64,000 nt of DNA from Carcharhinus amblyrhynchos. Lineage: Eukaryota. Shown piece after piece: positions 26,701 to 38,999 of this stretch (position 1 is its first letter; every line of letters starts with the position of its first letter). The notes beneath the pieces are model-generated. The model did not search any database and had not been told where the DNA came from. It saw only the letters and a list, made by a program, of their open reading frames with translations. Position numbers and translations under genes: made by a program. The stretch is taken from NCBI GenBank assembly GCA_965287045.1, contig OZ336875.1:85560001-85624000 (forward strand). The letters run 5' to 3'.

Positions 26701-27399
26701 CTTACTACAATTCCAGTTACAAGTCAATATTTACAATATACAATTCATGTCAAGCATACAGTCCAAAGGTTTTACAAAGATGCTACCATGGCAGACAGGC
26801 CTTTGAGTCCTTTTCCTCAATAAGCCTTTGTGGCAGTATCCCCAATTTTTACTGCATCGCTCAACACAAAATCCTTGGTTCTGTAATGTACCAGTTGCAT
26901 CACCACGTTGCGGACTGGAAGACCAAGTTTCAAGTAGACTAATTGTGTATTTTACAGAGTTGATTGTCCTCCAACAGCAGTTGATCTTTATCTCAGCGTG
27001 TGCCCTTGGGAACAATCCATTTGGCAATATTGTATTGTGAACTGCTCAGGGTGAATCTCAACAAAAATTACCATCTCTTTCCAGATCTTTCTTGCAAGGA
27101 AGTGAGCATCAGTCTCAGCCACTTCAAGAGGAGTGCGTGCGGCACTGAAACATACATGAAGGATCTCATAGGCAGAGTGCTTCTTACTACTAGTCAAGCT
27201 ACGTCGTGGTGCTTATTTGAAAGTTCCACCGAGGAGGCATTCTGCCAAATGATTTTGATAGTCTGCTCAGGAACCATTCGACAGGATCCACCAACTTCTT
27301 TCCCCATAAGGAAAAGAAATGTTTTTGCATACAAGTTTTCGGCATATAAGTTTTCAGTCACAGTATGCTATACATACATTACTAGTTAATCTCAGATTT

Positions 27400-30117
27400 G
27401 CACCAATGACATAGGAAAGAGGTTCTGCATAGTCAGTATGAGGAGTTTGGTGCTAAATTAAGCAGAACCTCGAAGGTAATAATCTCTGGAGTATTGCCTG
27501 ATCCACATGTACATTTGCAGAAGAAAAATAAGATTGTGTCATGCATTCTTCATTCTAAAGGCATTATGGGATAAGTGAGCTCCAGTTCGCAGGGAACTGG
27601 CACCAATACTGGAGAAAATGGACTCAGCATCATTGGGACAGCCTACACCTGAACCATGCTGGGAAACGAGTTCTTCTGAATTGTATAACTAGGGAAACAG
27701 AGTAGGTTTTATACTGAAAAAAGGGATAAGGGAGGGGGCTGAGAGATCAAGCTTGGCTAGATGTTGCAAATTAATAGGTAGATTCAAAGCAGATCATAAC
27801 AGTAATATGGGAAATTAAAGTAACAGGAAGGAACAGATAAAATTTAAGAAAACACCTATAGTCAAGACTAGATGTTATAATGTTAACAAAAAGACAAAAC
27901 TAAAGGCTGTGTAACTGAGTGTGTGTAGCATTCATAAAGTAAATGAACTGATAGCACACAGTGAAGTAAATAAATGTGATCTAATAGCCATTAGGGAGAT
28001 GTCTTATGGGATGATTAGGATTAGGCCCTTTGTAGGGTAAGTTACATTCAAATAGTGGTCTGGATGAGGAATTCATAGAATGCTTTCAAGTTAGTTCCAG
28101 AATGTGCTGTTCTATGAAACTAACCAGAGATCAGGTTATATTAGACTTGGTATTGTGTAATGTGGCAGAATTAACGAATGATCTTAGAATGAAGGGACCT
28201 TTAGATGACCACGATATGATTGAATTTTAGATCCAGTTTGGAAGAACAGTGGGTCTAAGACTAGTACTTTAAACTTAAACAAGTGCAAATATATAGACTT
28301 AAGAGCTGACCTATCTGAAGTAAACTGGGATACTGGGGAAGTAATTCCAGACTTTTAAGGGGATATTTCAGAATACTTAGTTTAAGCATATTCCAACGAT
28401 GAAGAAAAATTCTAAATCGAGGGCCAGCATCTGAACTGAAGTAGTTAATGGCAGCATCAAACTTATGGATAAAACATGCAACTGCACAAAGATGAATAAC
28501 TGGTCAGAATATAAAGAACAGCAGAGAATGACTAAGGTTAATCAGAAGAAAGAAATCAGAACACAAGGAGAATCTCACTCGAAATGTATAAATGGATAGC
28601 AAGAGCTTCTCACCAGTATTTAAAAAGGTAAAAAGTAGACTGAGTGCTGGTCCTCTAGACATTGATAATGGGAGTTAGTAGCAGATCATAAGGAAATGAC
28701 AAATGAAATGAACAAATATTTTGCTTCTATCTTCACCATAGAAGATACAAAAAAAAAATTCCACTAACAGTTGTAAATCAGGTTGGAAGTGGTATTGAGC
28801 ATGCTGATAGAGCTGAAGACTTATGCATCTCCAGGTCCTGATAGATTTAGACCAGAGCGGCACAGTAGCTAGCACTGCTGCCTCTCAGCACCAGGGAGCT
28901 GGGTACAATTCTGGCCTTGGGACAGCATCTGTGCAGAGTTTGCTCATTCTCCCTGTGATTGCATGGGTTTCCTCTGGGTGCTCCGGTTTTTCTCTGACAG
29001 GCCATGTAAAATTGACTATTAGTGTCAGGAGATTAGCAGGGTAAATATGTGGGGCTACGGGAATAGATCCGGGGTGGAAATGCGTGATCAGTGCAGATTC
29101 GACAGGCCAAGTGGCCCCGTTCTGCATTTTAGGGGTTCTGTGGTTCTATGACTTTATCCTGGAGGTGGCTAATGAAATAGATGCGTTGATATTAATTTTC
29201 CAAAATTTGCTAGATTCTGCAAAGTAACACAGATCCATCGATTCAACAAGGGAGGCAGCAGACAGGAAATTACAGGCCAGTTAGCTTGGCATCTACTGGG
29301 GGGAAAAAGGTGTTAGAATTGATCATTAAGATGATAGCTGGGCACTTGAAGAAACTCAAGCTAATGGGAAGAGTCAGCATGGTTTTACACAAGGAAAATC
29401 AGGTTTAACCACGTAATTGGAGTGCTTTGAAGAAGTAACATGTATTGTGGATAAAAGGGAGCCTTTAGAAATATAAGATGCCACATCAAAGATTAATGTG
29501 GAAAACAAAAGCTCATGGTGTAGGAGGTAACATATTAGCATGGACAGAAGATTGGCTGACTGGCCAAGAGCAACAATGCATAAATGGATCTTTGAGTGGC
29601 AGGATGTGGTTGGTGGAGCCTTGCAAAGGTCTATGCTGGTGTCCAACGTTTCACAAATTATGTCAGAGGTAGGTTCTATACTCAGTAGTAAGAGTGTGGA
29701 ATGCCCTGCCTGCAACAATAGTGGACTCACCAATATGAAGGGCATTTAAATGGTCATTGGATAAACATATGGATGATATTGGAATAGTATAGGTTAGATA
29801 GGCTTTAGATTAGTTTCACAGGTTGGTGCAACATCAAGGGCTGAAGGGCCTATACTGTGTTGTAATGTTCTATGTACTGTATCAATGACTCACGAGGGAG
29901 TGATTACTGAATTTGCACAAGACACAAAGATAGGTAGTTAAATATGTTGAAGAAGAAACAAGGAGCTGCAGATAGATAGGCTGAATTTGTGAGCAAAAAT
30001 CTGGCTAGCAGTAACACTTAGCATGCAGGTACAGAGCAAGTAATTAAAAATGGTAAAGGAATGCTACCCTTTATTACCACAGGAATTAAACATAACAAGG
30101 ATGTAATGCTTTAATTA
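27400..30117 (+). mobile_element. Old CR1 LINE (ORF1 end, endonuclease, RT) with a nested SINE and a CR1 tail (29661-29880), truncated by a Penelope element
   Basis: LDLVLCN, DHDMIEF, NYRPVSL, SQHGFTQGKS and WTEDWL motifs, heavily decayed. Confidence 0.8.
28853..29150 (+). mobile_element. HE1-like V-SINE, near full length
   Basis: tRNA-like head (ggcacagtagctagc; ggtacaattc), V-domain (gagtttgctcattctccctgtgattgcatgggtttcctctgggtgctccggttt) and a CR1-type tail. Confidence 0.85.
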
Positions 30118-31890
30118 TGTGGAGATGTCGGCTTTGGACTGGGGTAAGCACAGTAAAACGTCTCACAACATCAGGTTAAAGTACAACAGGTGTATTTGGC
30201 AGAACAGGCTTCCAGAGCTCTGCCCCTTCATCAGCTGAGTGAGGACTTGTGTTCACAAACAGGGCATATACAGACAAACTCAATTTACAAGATAATGGTT
30301 GGAATCCATGTCTTTACAGGTAATGAAGTCTTAAAAAGGTACAGACAATGTGAGTGGAGAGAGGGCCAAGCACGAGTATTGTCTCCAGCTAGGACAGTTA
30401 GTGAGTGAGATTTTGCAAGCTCAGGCAAGTCATGGGAGTTAGATAGTGTGACATGAACCCAAGATCCTGGTTGAGGCTGTCCTCATGTGTGCAGAACTTG
30501 GCAATCAGTTTCTGCTCAGCGATTCTGCATTGTCATGTGTCATGAAAACCACCTCAGAGAATGCTTACCTGAAGATCAGAGGTTGAATGCCTGTGACCGC
30601 TGAAGTGTTCCCCAACTGGAAGGGAACAGTCCTACCTGGTGATTGTCAAGTGGTGTTCATTTATCCATTGACTTAGCATCTGTGTGGTCTCCCCAATGTA
30701 CCATGCCTCGGGACATCCTTTCCTGCAGCGCATCAGGTAGACAATGCTGGCCGAATCGTAAGAATATGTACCACGTACCTGGTGGATGGTGTCTCACGTG
30801 AGATGATGGCACCCATATCAATGATCCAACATGTCTTGCAGAGGTTGCTGTGGCAGGATTGTGTGGTGTTGTGGTCACTGTTCTCCTGAAGGCTGGATAG
30901 TTTGCTCTGGAATATGGTCTGTTGGAGGTTGTACGATTGTTTGAAGGCAAGAAGTGGTGGTGTGTGGATGGCCTTGGCAAGATGTTTGTCTTCAATGACA
31001 TGTTGAAGGCTCCAGAGAAGATGTCGTACTTTCTCTGCTCCGTGATGACGAAGGGTACTCTGTCCACCATGTCTGTGTTTGTCTTCTGGAGGAGGTCAGT
31101 GAAGTTTTTCCTTGTGGCATGTCGGAACTGTCGATCGATGAGTCGAGCGCCATATCCTGTTCTCGTGAGGGCGTCTTTTGGTGTCTGTTGCAATCCTCCC
31201 TATCTGAGCAGATCCTGTGTATACGGAGGGCTTGTCCGTAGGGGATGGCTTCTTCAACGTGTTTTGGGTGGAAGCTGGAGAAGTGGAGCATCATGAGGTT
31301 ACCCATGGGCTTGCGGTACAGTGAAGTGCTGAGGTGACTGTTCTTGACAAAGATGTGTCCAAGAATGCAACCGATTCCAGAGAGTAGTCCACGACGAGTC
31401 CGACGGTGGGATGGAACTTGATGTCATCAGTTATTTCAATGATTGTTCACCATGAGTGCAAAGGAAGAAAATGTCATCAATGTATCTCGCGTATAGCGTC
31501 CTGTGCGGTGAAGAAGTCTTGTTTGAACCTGTGCATAAAGATGTTGGCTCAGGAGGTGCCATTTTGTCCCCGTGGCTATTCCAGTATGTCTGGCTGAAGA
31601 ACTGGTTGTTGAAAATGAAGACACCCGTGGTCCAGGATGAAGTGGATGCGTTATAGAATTGCATCTCGAGATTGGCAGTTGTCAGCATTAAGTATTGAGG
31701 CAGCTGCAGCAATGCCGTCACTGTGGCGGATGCTGGTGTAGAGTGCAGAGACATCCATTGTGATGAAGAATGCTCCTAGTTCAATTGCTCCATGTGTGCC
31801 ATAGTGTCACAACAGAAGCTGGAGGTTCTTTGTACAATGGGTCGCAGGATGCCCTCAATGTAGCCGGAGAGATTCTCAGAGGGTCCTATT
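30118..31890 (-). mobile_element. Penelope-like (Neptune-type) 5'-truncated copy bearing the 3' tail, inverted relative to 31893-35212
   Basis: RT remnants (ARYIDDIFF, FHPTVGL, AIPYGQALRIHRICSD), GIY-YIG region, pLTR and tail ending ...ccccagtccaaagccgacatctccacat. Confidence 0.9.
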
Positions 31891-31892
31891 TC

Positions 31893-34800
31893 CTGATAGC
31901 CAAGTTCTGCACACGAGGACGGCCTCAACGGGATCTTGGGTTCATGTCACACTATCTGTAATCCCCATGATTTGCAAAATGTCATTAACTGTCCTGGCTG
32001 GAAATAATGCACACCTCTTTAACTTGTGCTTGGTCCTCTCTCCACTCACACTGTCTGTACCTTTAAGACTTGATAACCTGTAAACGCATTCCAATCATTA
32101 TTCTGTAAATTGAGTTTGTCTCTTTATATGCCGTTTGTGAACAGAACTCCCACTCACCTGACGAAGGAGCAGCGCTCCGAAAGCCAGTTGCTACCAAATA
32201 AACCTGTTGAACTTTAACCTGGTGTTGTGAGACTTCTTACTGTCTTTACCCCAGTCCAACGCCAGCATCTCCACATCAGGACTGCCATTGACACTACAAA
32301 CTGCCAGCTCCAAGCGCAGAGGATCTCCACGAAGATCGCGCATATCGACACAGACATCATGTTTTTTTTCAAGATGCAAGAAAGCAGACAAGATACCAAA
32401 AGGACTACAGATCACAAACCCACTCAGATCAACCTACAACACAAACGATGCTGAGAGTCTATGCTGAGAGACTTTGCTGTCGCACCCTCTCACATTCCTC
32501 AATCACCTCATACACCAGCTCTACAGCAACCACCACATCCTGGAAACCAAGACAGAATCCATTTTCTCAACTTACACTAAGGATGCAGACCAGCTGCAAA
32601 ATTCTGCCAAGCGGATGAGACAAAAAGAACTACACCATCTACATGCACACAAAGAACAGGAAACTTGAGAAACTCGGCATCGCCACCAGCAGCAACCAAG
32701 CCTTCCCTGGTACCACAGTAGGAAACAGTACCACTGCAGGGAAGTCCACTGTCAACTTGTTGGACTACTCACTTCAACCAGATGAAATTGAAGTTCGCAG
32801 CCGAGGGCTCAATTTTTGCCCCACCACCAAAATAGACCCCATCAGTCTCGCAACAGACACAGAGGAATTCATCAGATGAATGAGGCTGTGGGAGTTCTTC
32901 CACAAACCCCAAGAGGCCAACAGCGAACACAGTGAGACAGCCAATGAACCGGAACAGCTGACAGAGAGATCTGCAGTGCAGCAACCAAAGAGGAAAGAGT
33001 CAAATTGGACTACTCCGGAAGGCCGCTGCCCTCAACTTGACATGTATGCCCAAGCCACCAGGAGGTGCATCAACACCAAATTCATCAGTCACACTCACAA
33101 GACAGCCCTGAACATCACCCAAGCAACACAACGACATCCGTGCTCTCAAGACCAACTGCAATATTGTCATCAAACTGACAAAGGAGGGGCCACTGTCATA
33201 CTGAATAGAACAGATTACTGCGAAGAAGTGTACTGACAACTGAACAACGGGAACGCTACAGTTACCCACAGATCCGACAAAGAACACACCCGTCAACTCA
33301 ACACTCTGATCAAGACATGTGATGCAGACCTTCAGAGCACCCTATGTGCTCTCATCCCATGTACTCCCCGCGTTGGGGATCTCTACTGCCTCTCAAAGAT
33401 ACAAAGGCAAACACACCCAGCCATCCAATCATATCGGGCAATGGGACCCTGTGAGAACCTCTCTGGCCATGTCAAGGGCATCCTGAAACACATTGTACAA
33501 AGAACCCCCAGCTTCTGTCGCGACACTATGGACTTCCTACGGAAGCTCAGCACACACGGAGTAGTTGAACCTGGGACACTTCTCGTCACAATGGAAGTCT
33601 GAGCTCTACACCAACATCCCCCATGACGATGGTATGCTGAACTGCCTCATTACTCAATGCCGATAACTGTCAGTTTCCAGATGCAATTTTTCAACTCATC
33701 TGCTTCATCCTGGACCACAACGTTTTCACGTTCAACAACCAGTTCTTCATCCAGACACGTAACAGCCATGGGTACCAAATTCACACCTCAACATGCCAAC
33801 ATCTTCATGCACAGGTTTGAACAAGACCTCTTCACTGCACAGGACCTTCAACTGATGCTGTACACTAGATATATCAATGACCTTATCTTCCTTTGGACTC
33901 AGTGAACAATCACTGAAACAATTATATGATGACATCAACAAGTTCCATCCTACCATCAGACTCACCATGGACTACTCTCTGGAATCGGATGCATTCTTGG
34001 GTACACGCATCTCCATTAAGGACAGTCACCTCAACACTTCACTGTACTGCAAGCCCACAGATTACCTCACGATATCCACTTCTCCAGCTTCCGCCCTCAA
34101 CGTGTTAAAGGAGCCATCCCCGCTGGACAAGTCCTCCGTATACACAGGATCTGCTCGTATGAGGAGGATTGCAACACTCACCTCCAGACGCTGGAAGATG
34201 CCCTCATAAGAACAGGATATAGCGCTTGACTCATCGATCAACAGTTCCGACATGCCACAGCGAAAAACTGCCTCAACCTCCTCGGAAGATAAACACGGGA
34301 CACGATGGACAGACTACCCCTTCGTTGTCCAGTACTTCCCCAGAGCACAGAAGCTATGACTTCTTCTCCAGAGCCTTCAACATGTTTGCCTTCACCAATG
34401 ACATCTCACCAAAGCCATCCCCAAAACCCCCCTTCTTGCCTGCAAACAACCACACAACCTCAGACAGACCATAGTCTGCTGCAAACTACCCTGCCTTCAG
34501 GCAAACAGTGACTACAACACCACACAACTCTGCCACAGCAACCTCTGTAAGACATGCTGGATCATTGACACGGATGCCATCATCTCACGCGAGAACACTA
34601 TCCACCAGATACACAGTACATACTCTTGCAACTCGGCCAACATTGTCCACTTGATATGCTGCAGGAAAGGATGTCCCAAGGCATAGTATATTGGGGAGAC
34701 CATGAAGACGCTATGACAACGAATGAATGAACACCACTCGGCAATCTTTCTGCTGGGGACCACTTCAGCAGTCATGGGCATTCGGCATCACTTTTCTTCG

Positions 34801-35212
34801 AGTAAGCACCCTCCAAGGTGGCCCTTCACAACACACAACAGCACATAGTCGCTGAGCAGAGACCGTTAGCCAAGTTCCGCACACAAGGACAGCCTCAACT
34901 GGGATCTTGGGTTCATGTCACACTATCTGCAACCCCCACGACTTGCTTGGACTTGCAAAATCTCAAACTGTCCTGACTGGGGACAATACACACCTCTTTC
35001 AGCTGTTAACCCTCTCTCCACTCTCATTATCTGTATCTTTAAGACTTGATTCCAATCATTATTTTGTCATTTGAATTTGTGTTTTTATATGCCCTGTTTG
35101 TGAACAGAACTCCTACTCACCTGACGAAGGAACAACACTCCGACAGCAAATGGCGTTTGCTACCAAGTAAACCGGTTGGTCTTTATCCTGGTGTTGAGAC
35201 TTCTTACTGTGT
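31893..35212 (+). mobile_element. Near full-length decayed Penelope-like element (Neptune type): pLTR - RT/GIY-YIG ORF (about 32277-34932) - pLTR
   Basis: Direct pLTRs at ~31893-32245 and ~34860-35212. Motifs RGLNFCPT, DKGGATVI, TAMGTKFTPQHANIFM, YTRYINDL, a Cys-rich linker (CHSNLCKTC...SCNS) and GIY-YIG (HLICCRKGCP..YIGET..RMNEH). Several stops and frameshifts. Confidence 0.93.
32153..32190 (+). ncRNA. Hammerhead motif in the 5' pLTR, probably inactivated (stem III AGCC instead of AGCU)
   Basis: CUCAC-CUGACGA-A-GGAGC-AGC-GCUCC-GAAAGCCAGUUG. Further decayed copies at ~30200-30242 (-), 35116-35153 (+), 47321-47355 (-), 48533-48570 (+) and 55806-55843 (+). Confidence 0.65.
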
Positions 35213-37820
35213 TTAAACTAATATGCCGGGGGACGTGAACCTAAGGGGTCAGAGGAGAAGAGAGCAAGGACAAAAACAAAAAAAGGTAGAAAAGTGATGG
35301 GCAGAGAAAACAAGGACAAATTTAAAACAGGGCTATAGAGAAAAACATTGGGAGCAAGACAAGCAGTGTTAAAAAGACAAGCTTAAAGGCTCCGTGCCTT
35401 ATTGCACAGAGCAGTTGCAATGAAGTGGATGAATTGAAAATTAAGAACTCAGACCGCTGTAAACAGGTACAATATGATTGGGATTATGGAGACATGGCTG
35501 CAGGATGACCAGGAATGGGAACTGAATGTCTCAGGGTATTGAATATTTAGGAAAGACGGGCATAAAGGAAAAAATGTTGGAATAACCTTGCTGGTTAAGG
35601 AGGAAGTTAACAATAGCAAGAAAGGACATTAGCTCTCACAAAGTGGAGTCTGTATGGGTAGAGTTGAGAAATATCAAAGGGCAAAAAAAAAGTGGATGTC
35701 ATAAACAGACTCCCAAACTGCAGTGATGTTGGGAATGGCATTCAATGCAAAATTAGAGATACATGTGATAAGGGAATATCATTGATCGTGGATGATTTTA
35801 ATCTGCACATCAAATTAGCCAAAATGCCATGGAGGAGGAATTCTTGGGAGTGTATACAGGATGGTTTTCTTGACCAATATGTGGAGGAACCAACTACAGG
35901 GCAGGCCATCTTCGACTGGATACTGTGTAATGAGAAGGGAATAATCATCTATCTAGCTGTGCGAGACCCCTTCGGGATGAGCGACCATAACACGACAGAA
36001 TTTATCAAGATGGAGAGTGAAGTAATTGATTCGGAGACTAGGTTGTTGAATCTTAATAAAGGAAACTATGATATGAGGCGTGAGTTGGTCTTGATAAATT
36101 GGAGAGAGTTACTTAAAGGAATGACAATGGATAGGCAATGGCAAACATTCAAGGGATGCATGGGGGAAAACTACATTAACTGTTTATTCCTGTCTGGGAC
36201 AAAAGCAAAATGGAAGAGGGCCTATCCATGGCTTACAAAGGAAATTAAATATAGTAACTGATCCAAGAAGCATACAGATTGACCAAGAAAAGTAATAGGT
36301 CTGAGGATTGGGAACAGTTTAGAATTCAGCAAAGAAGGACTAACAGATTAAGGGGAAAATACAATACGAAAGTAAGCTTGCAGGAAACATAAAGACTGAC
36401 ATGTGTCAATAGAGTTTCAATAGATACGTAAAGAGAAAGAGGTTAGTGAAGACAAATGTAAGTTCCCTACAGACAGAAATGGGGAAATATATAATAGGGA
36501 ACAAAGAAATGGCTGAGCAACTGAATACATACTTCGGTTGTGTCTTCACGAAAGAGGACACAAATCAGAAACCAGAAATGTTGGAGAATGCAAGATTTAG
36601 TGAGAAAAGAACTGAGGAAGATGAATATTAGTAGAGAAATGCTGCTGGGAAAATTGATGGGATGAAAGGCAGATAAATTCCCAGGGCCTGATAACCTACA
36701 TCCCAAGGTGCTTAAGGAAGTGGCTTTAGAAATAGTGGATACATTGGTGGTCATCTTCCAGGATTCTATAGACTGGAGGTAGTTAATGTCATTCCAATAT
36801 TCAAAAAGGGAGATAGAGAGAAAACAGGGAATTGTAGACCAGTAAGCTTAACATTGATGGTGGGGAAAATTCTCAAATCCATTATCAAGCCTTTTATGAT
36901 GGAGTATTTAGAAAGCATTGGCAAGTCAGCATGGATTCGTGAAGGGGAAATCATGCTTGATAAATCTGTTAGAATTGTTTGAAGCTGTAACAAGTAGAGT
37001 TGACATGGGGGAACTAGTCAATGTGGTATATTTGGACTTTCAGAAAGCATTTGACAAAGTCCTGCAATAACAGAGTATCATGCAAGATTAAAGCATATGG
37101 ATTAGGGTAAGCGTATTGAGATGGACAGAAAACAATGAATAAGAATTAATGGGTGTTTTTCAAATTGGCAGGCAGTAACTCGTGGGGGGCCACAAAGATA
37201 GGTGCTGGGACACCAGCTATTCGCAATATATATTAATGGTTTAGATGAGGGAACAAAACGTAACATCTCAGTTTGCAGATGATACCAAATTGGGTGGGAA
37301 GGTGAACCGTGGCAAGGATGCAAAGATCTTTCGGCATGACCTGGACAGGTTGGGTGAGCAGACAAATCAATGGCAGATGCAATAATAATTTGGAGAAGTG
37401 TGAGCTTATTCACTTCAGAAGCAAAAACAAGGCAGCAGATTACTACCTGAGTGGTTATAAATTGGGAGCTGGGAGTGTGCAGCGGGACCTGGGTGTCCTT
37501 GTGCACCAGTCACTGAAGATAAGCATGCAAGTTCAGGAGGCAGTAAAGAAGGCAAATGATATGTTGGCCTTTGTAGCAAGAGGTTGCGAGTGGAGGAGCA
37601 GGGATTTGTTGCAGTTATACAGGGCCTCGGTGAGGTCACACCACACCTAGAATAGTGTGTGCAATTTTGGTCTCCTTTTCTGTGGAAGGACGTTCTTGCT
37701 CTCGAGGGAGTGCAGCAAAGCTTTTTCAGGCTGATTCCGGGGCTGGTGGGATTGATTCATGAGGAGAGATTGACTAGGTTAGGATATTTTCACTGGAGTC
37801 CGAATGAGGGGGGAATCTCA
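35213..37820 (+). mobile_element. Decayed CR1 LINE, ORF2 almost complete
   Basis: METWL, DDFNL, SDHN, PGPDNLHPKVLKE, NCRPVSL, YLDFQKAFDKV, FADD and QFWSP motifs in order. Confidence 0.92.
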
Positions 37821-38999
37821 GAGACAGTTGCACGATGGCCTTAACAGACAATAACTGTTCACCACTTCAATTAGTTTCTGCATGGAAAAGCCACCCAGAA
37901 GCCTGCCCACCACTGACATACTCAGATGGAGACAGGAGACAATGGGGATACCACTCTGCACACTACCCAGTTTCATTAACCCTGTCTCCAAAGTCACTGC
38001 TTGGAACAGCATTGTATTTCACCCAAGTGGGGACCATGCACAACTACGAAGGGCAGCAAAATAAATCTGACCACAAGTTTCATAGCACTGCTCTTATACA
38101 TTAAATTAGTGTGACCATGTCACTTAAACTCTCAACATCATCTTGCGCAACAGAAAAATCTCAATGAGTACAAGAGAAAATAAGTTCAGCCAAAAGTAAG
38201 CACATTTATACCCGTCTGGCATCGGTTCTATCATGACACTGTCTCCCACTAGTAATCTGTTTACAATGCAAATATTTCTCAAATTTAATCAGCACACAAG
38301 GTTATTCATATATTAAAGTAAAAATTCCGTATTGCTAATGTCCTCTGCACCTGCTCTTTTAGTGAGTTTATTTTTTAATTAATGAAACACCACATCAAGA
38401 GCAAAAAAGTGATAACTTGCGCAAAACACTACAATAGTAAATTATATAGCAATTTTAAAAGTCATTTTCATGTGTAATCATTTACAAGATTAGTTAAATG
38501 ACAAACTGCTTACAAAGAAAATATTCTGCTTTTTTGATATTCAATAGAAAGCTTTGGTGCGTAACTATAATGACAATCAACTTATTCAGATCATGTCTCC
38601 ATGATAACAGAATCATTCATATTCTCTGCCTTATTTGGGCAACAGAAATGCAAAAAGATTTCAGTTTTATGAGAATGGTGAAAGGAGCAACACAACTATC
38701 ACATTAGGGTTTTGAAGAAATCAATTAATTCAGATACTTTAATGAAAAATTCAATAATTTATAATGTTACATAAATATACCAAGCTGAAAATGCTAAAAT
38801 GATCACTCCAGAACAATATTTATGAACTTACTTCACTTCTAACCAAGTTTTAAATTTATCTAGCATACTCCTAATTAAGCCATTTTATATCTTAATATTT
38901 GAATAATTCAAGATTTCAGGATTCAGAATAAAATGAAATCCACAACTTCCCACACTTCAAGCATTGTATTATTGAATGAAGCATTGAAAGAGATGTTTT

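Noticed and set aside
26750-27390. Cluster of overlapping 70-129 aa ORFs
   Set aside because: No coherent protein and no splice support. Most likely a decayed LINE endonuclease fragment on the minus strand.
37820-38070. L1/Tx1-like C-terminal fragment fused to the CR1 end
   Set aside because: Only a faint resemblance (AWKS...WRQE). Not enough to call.
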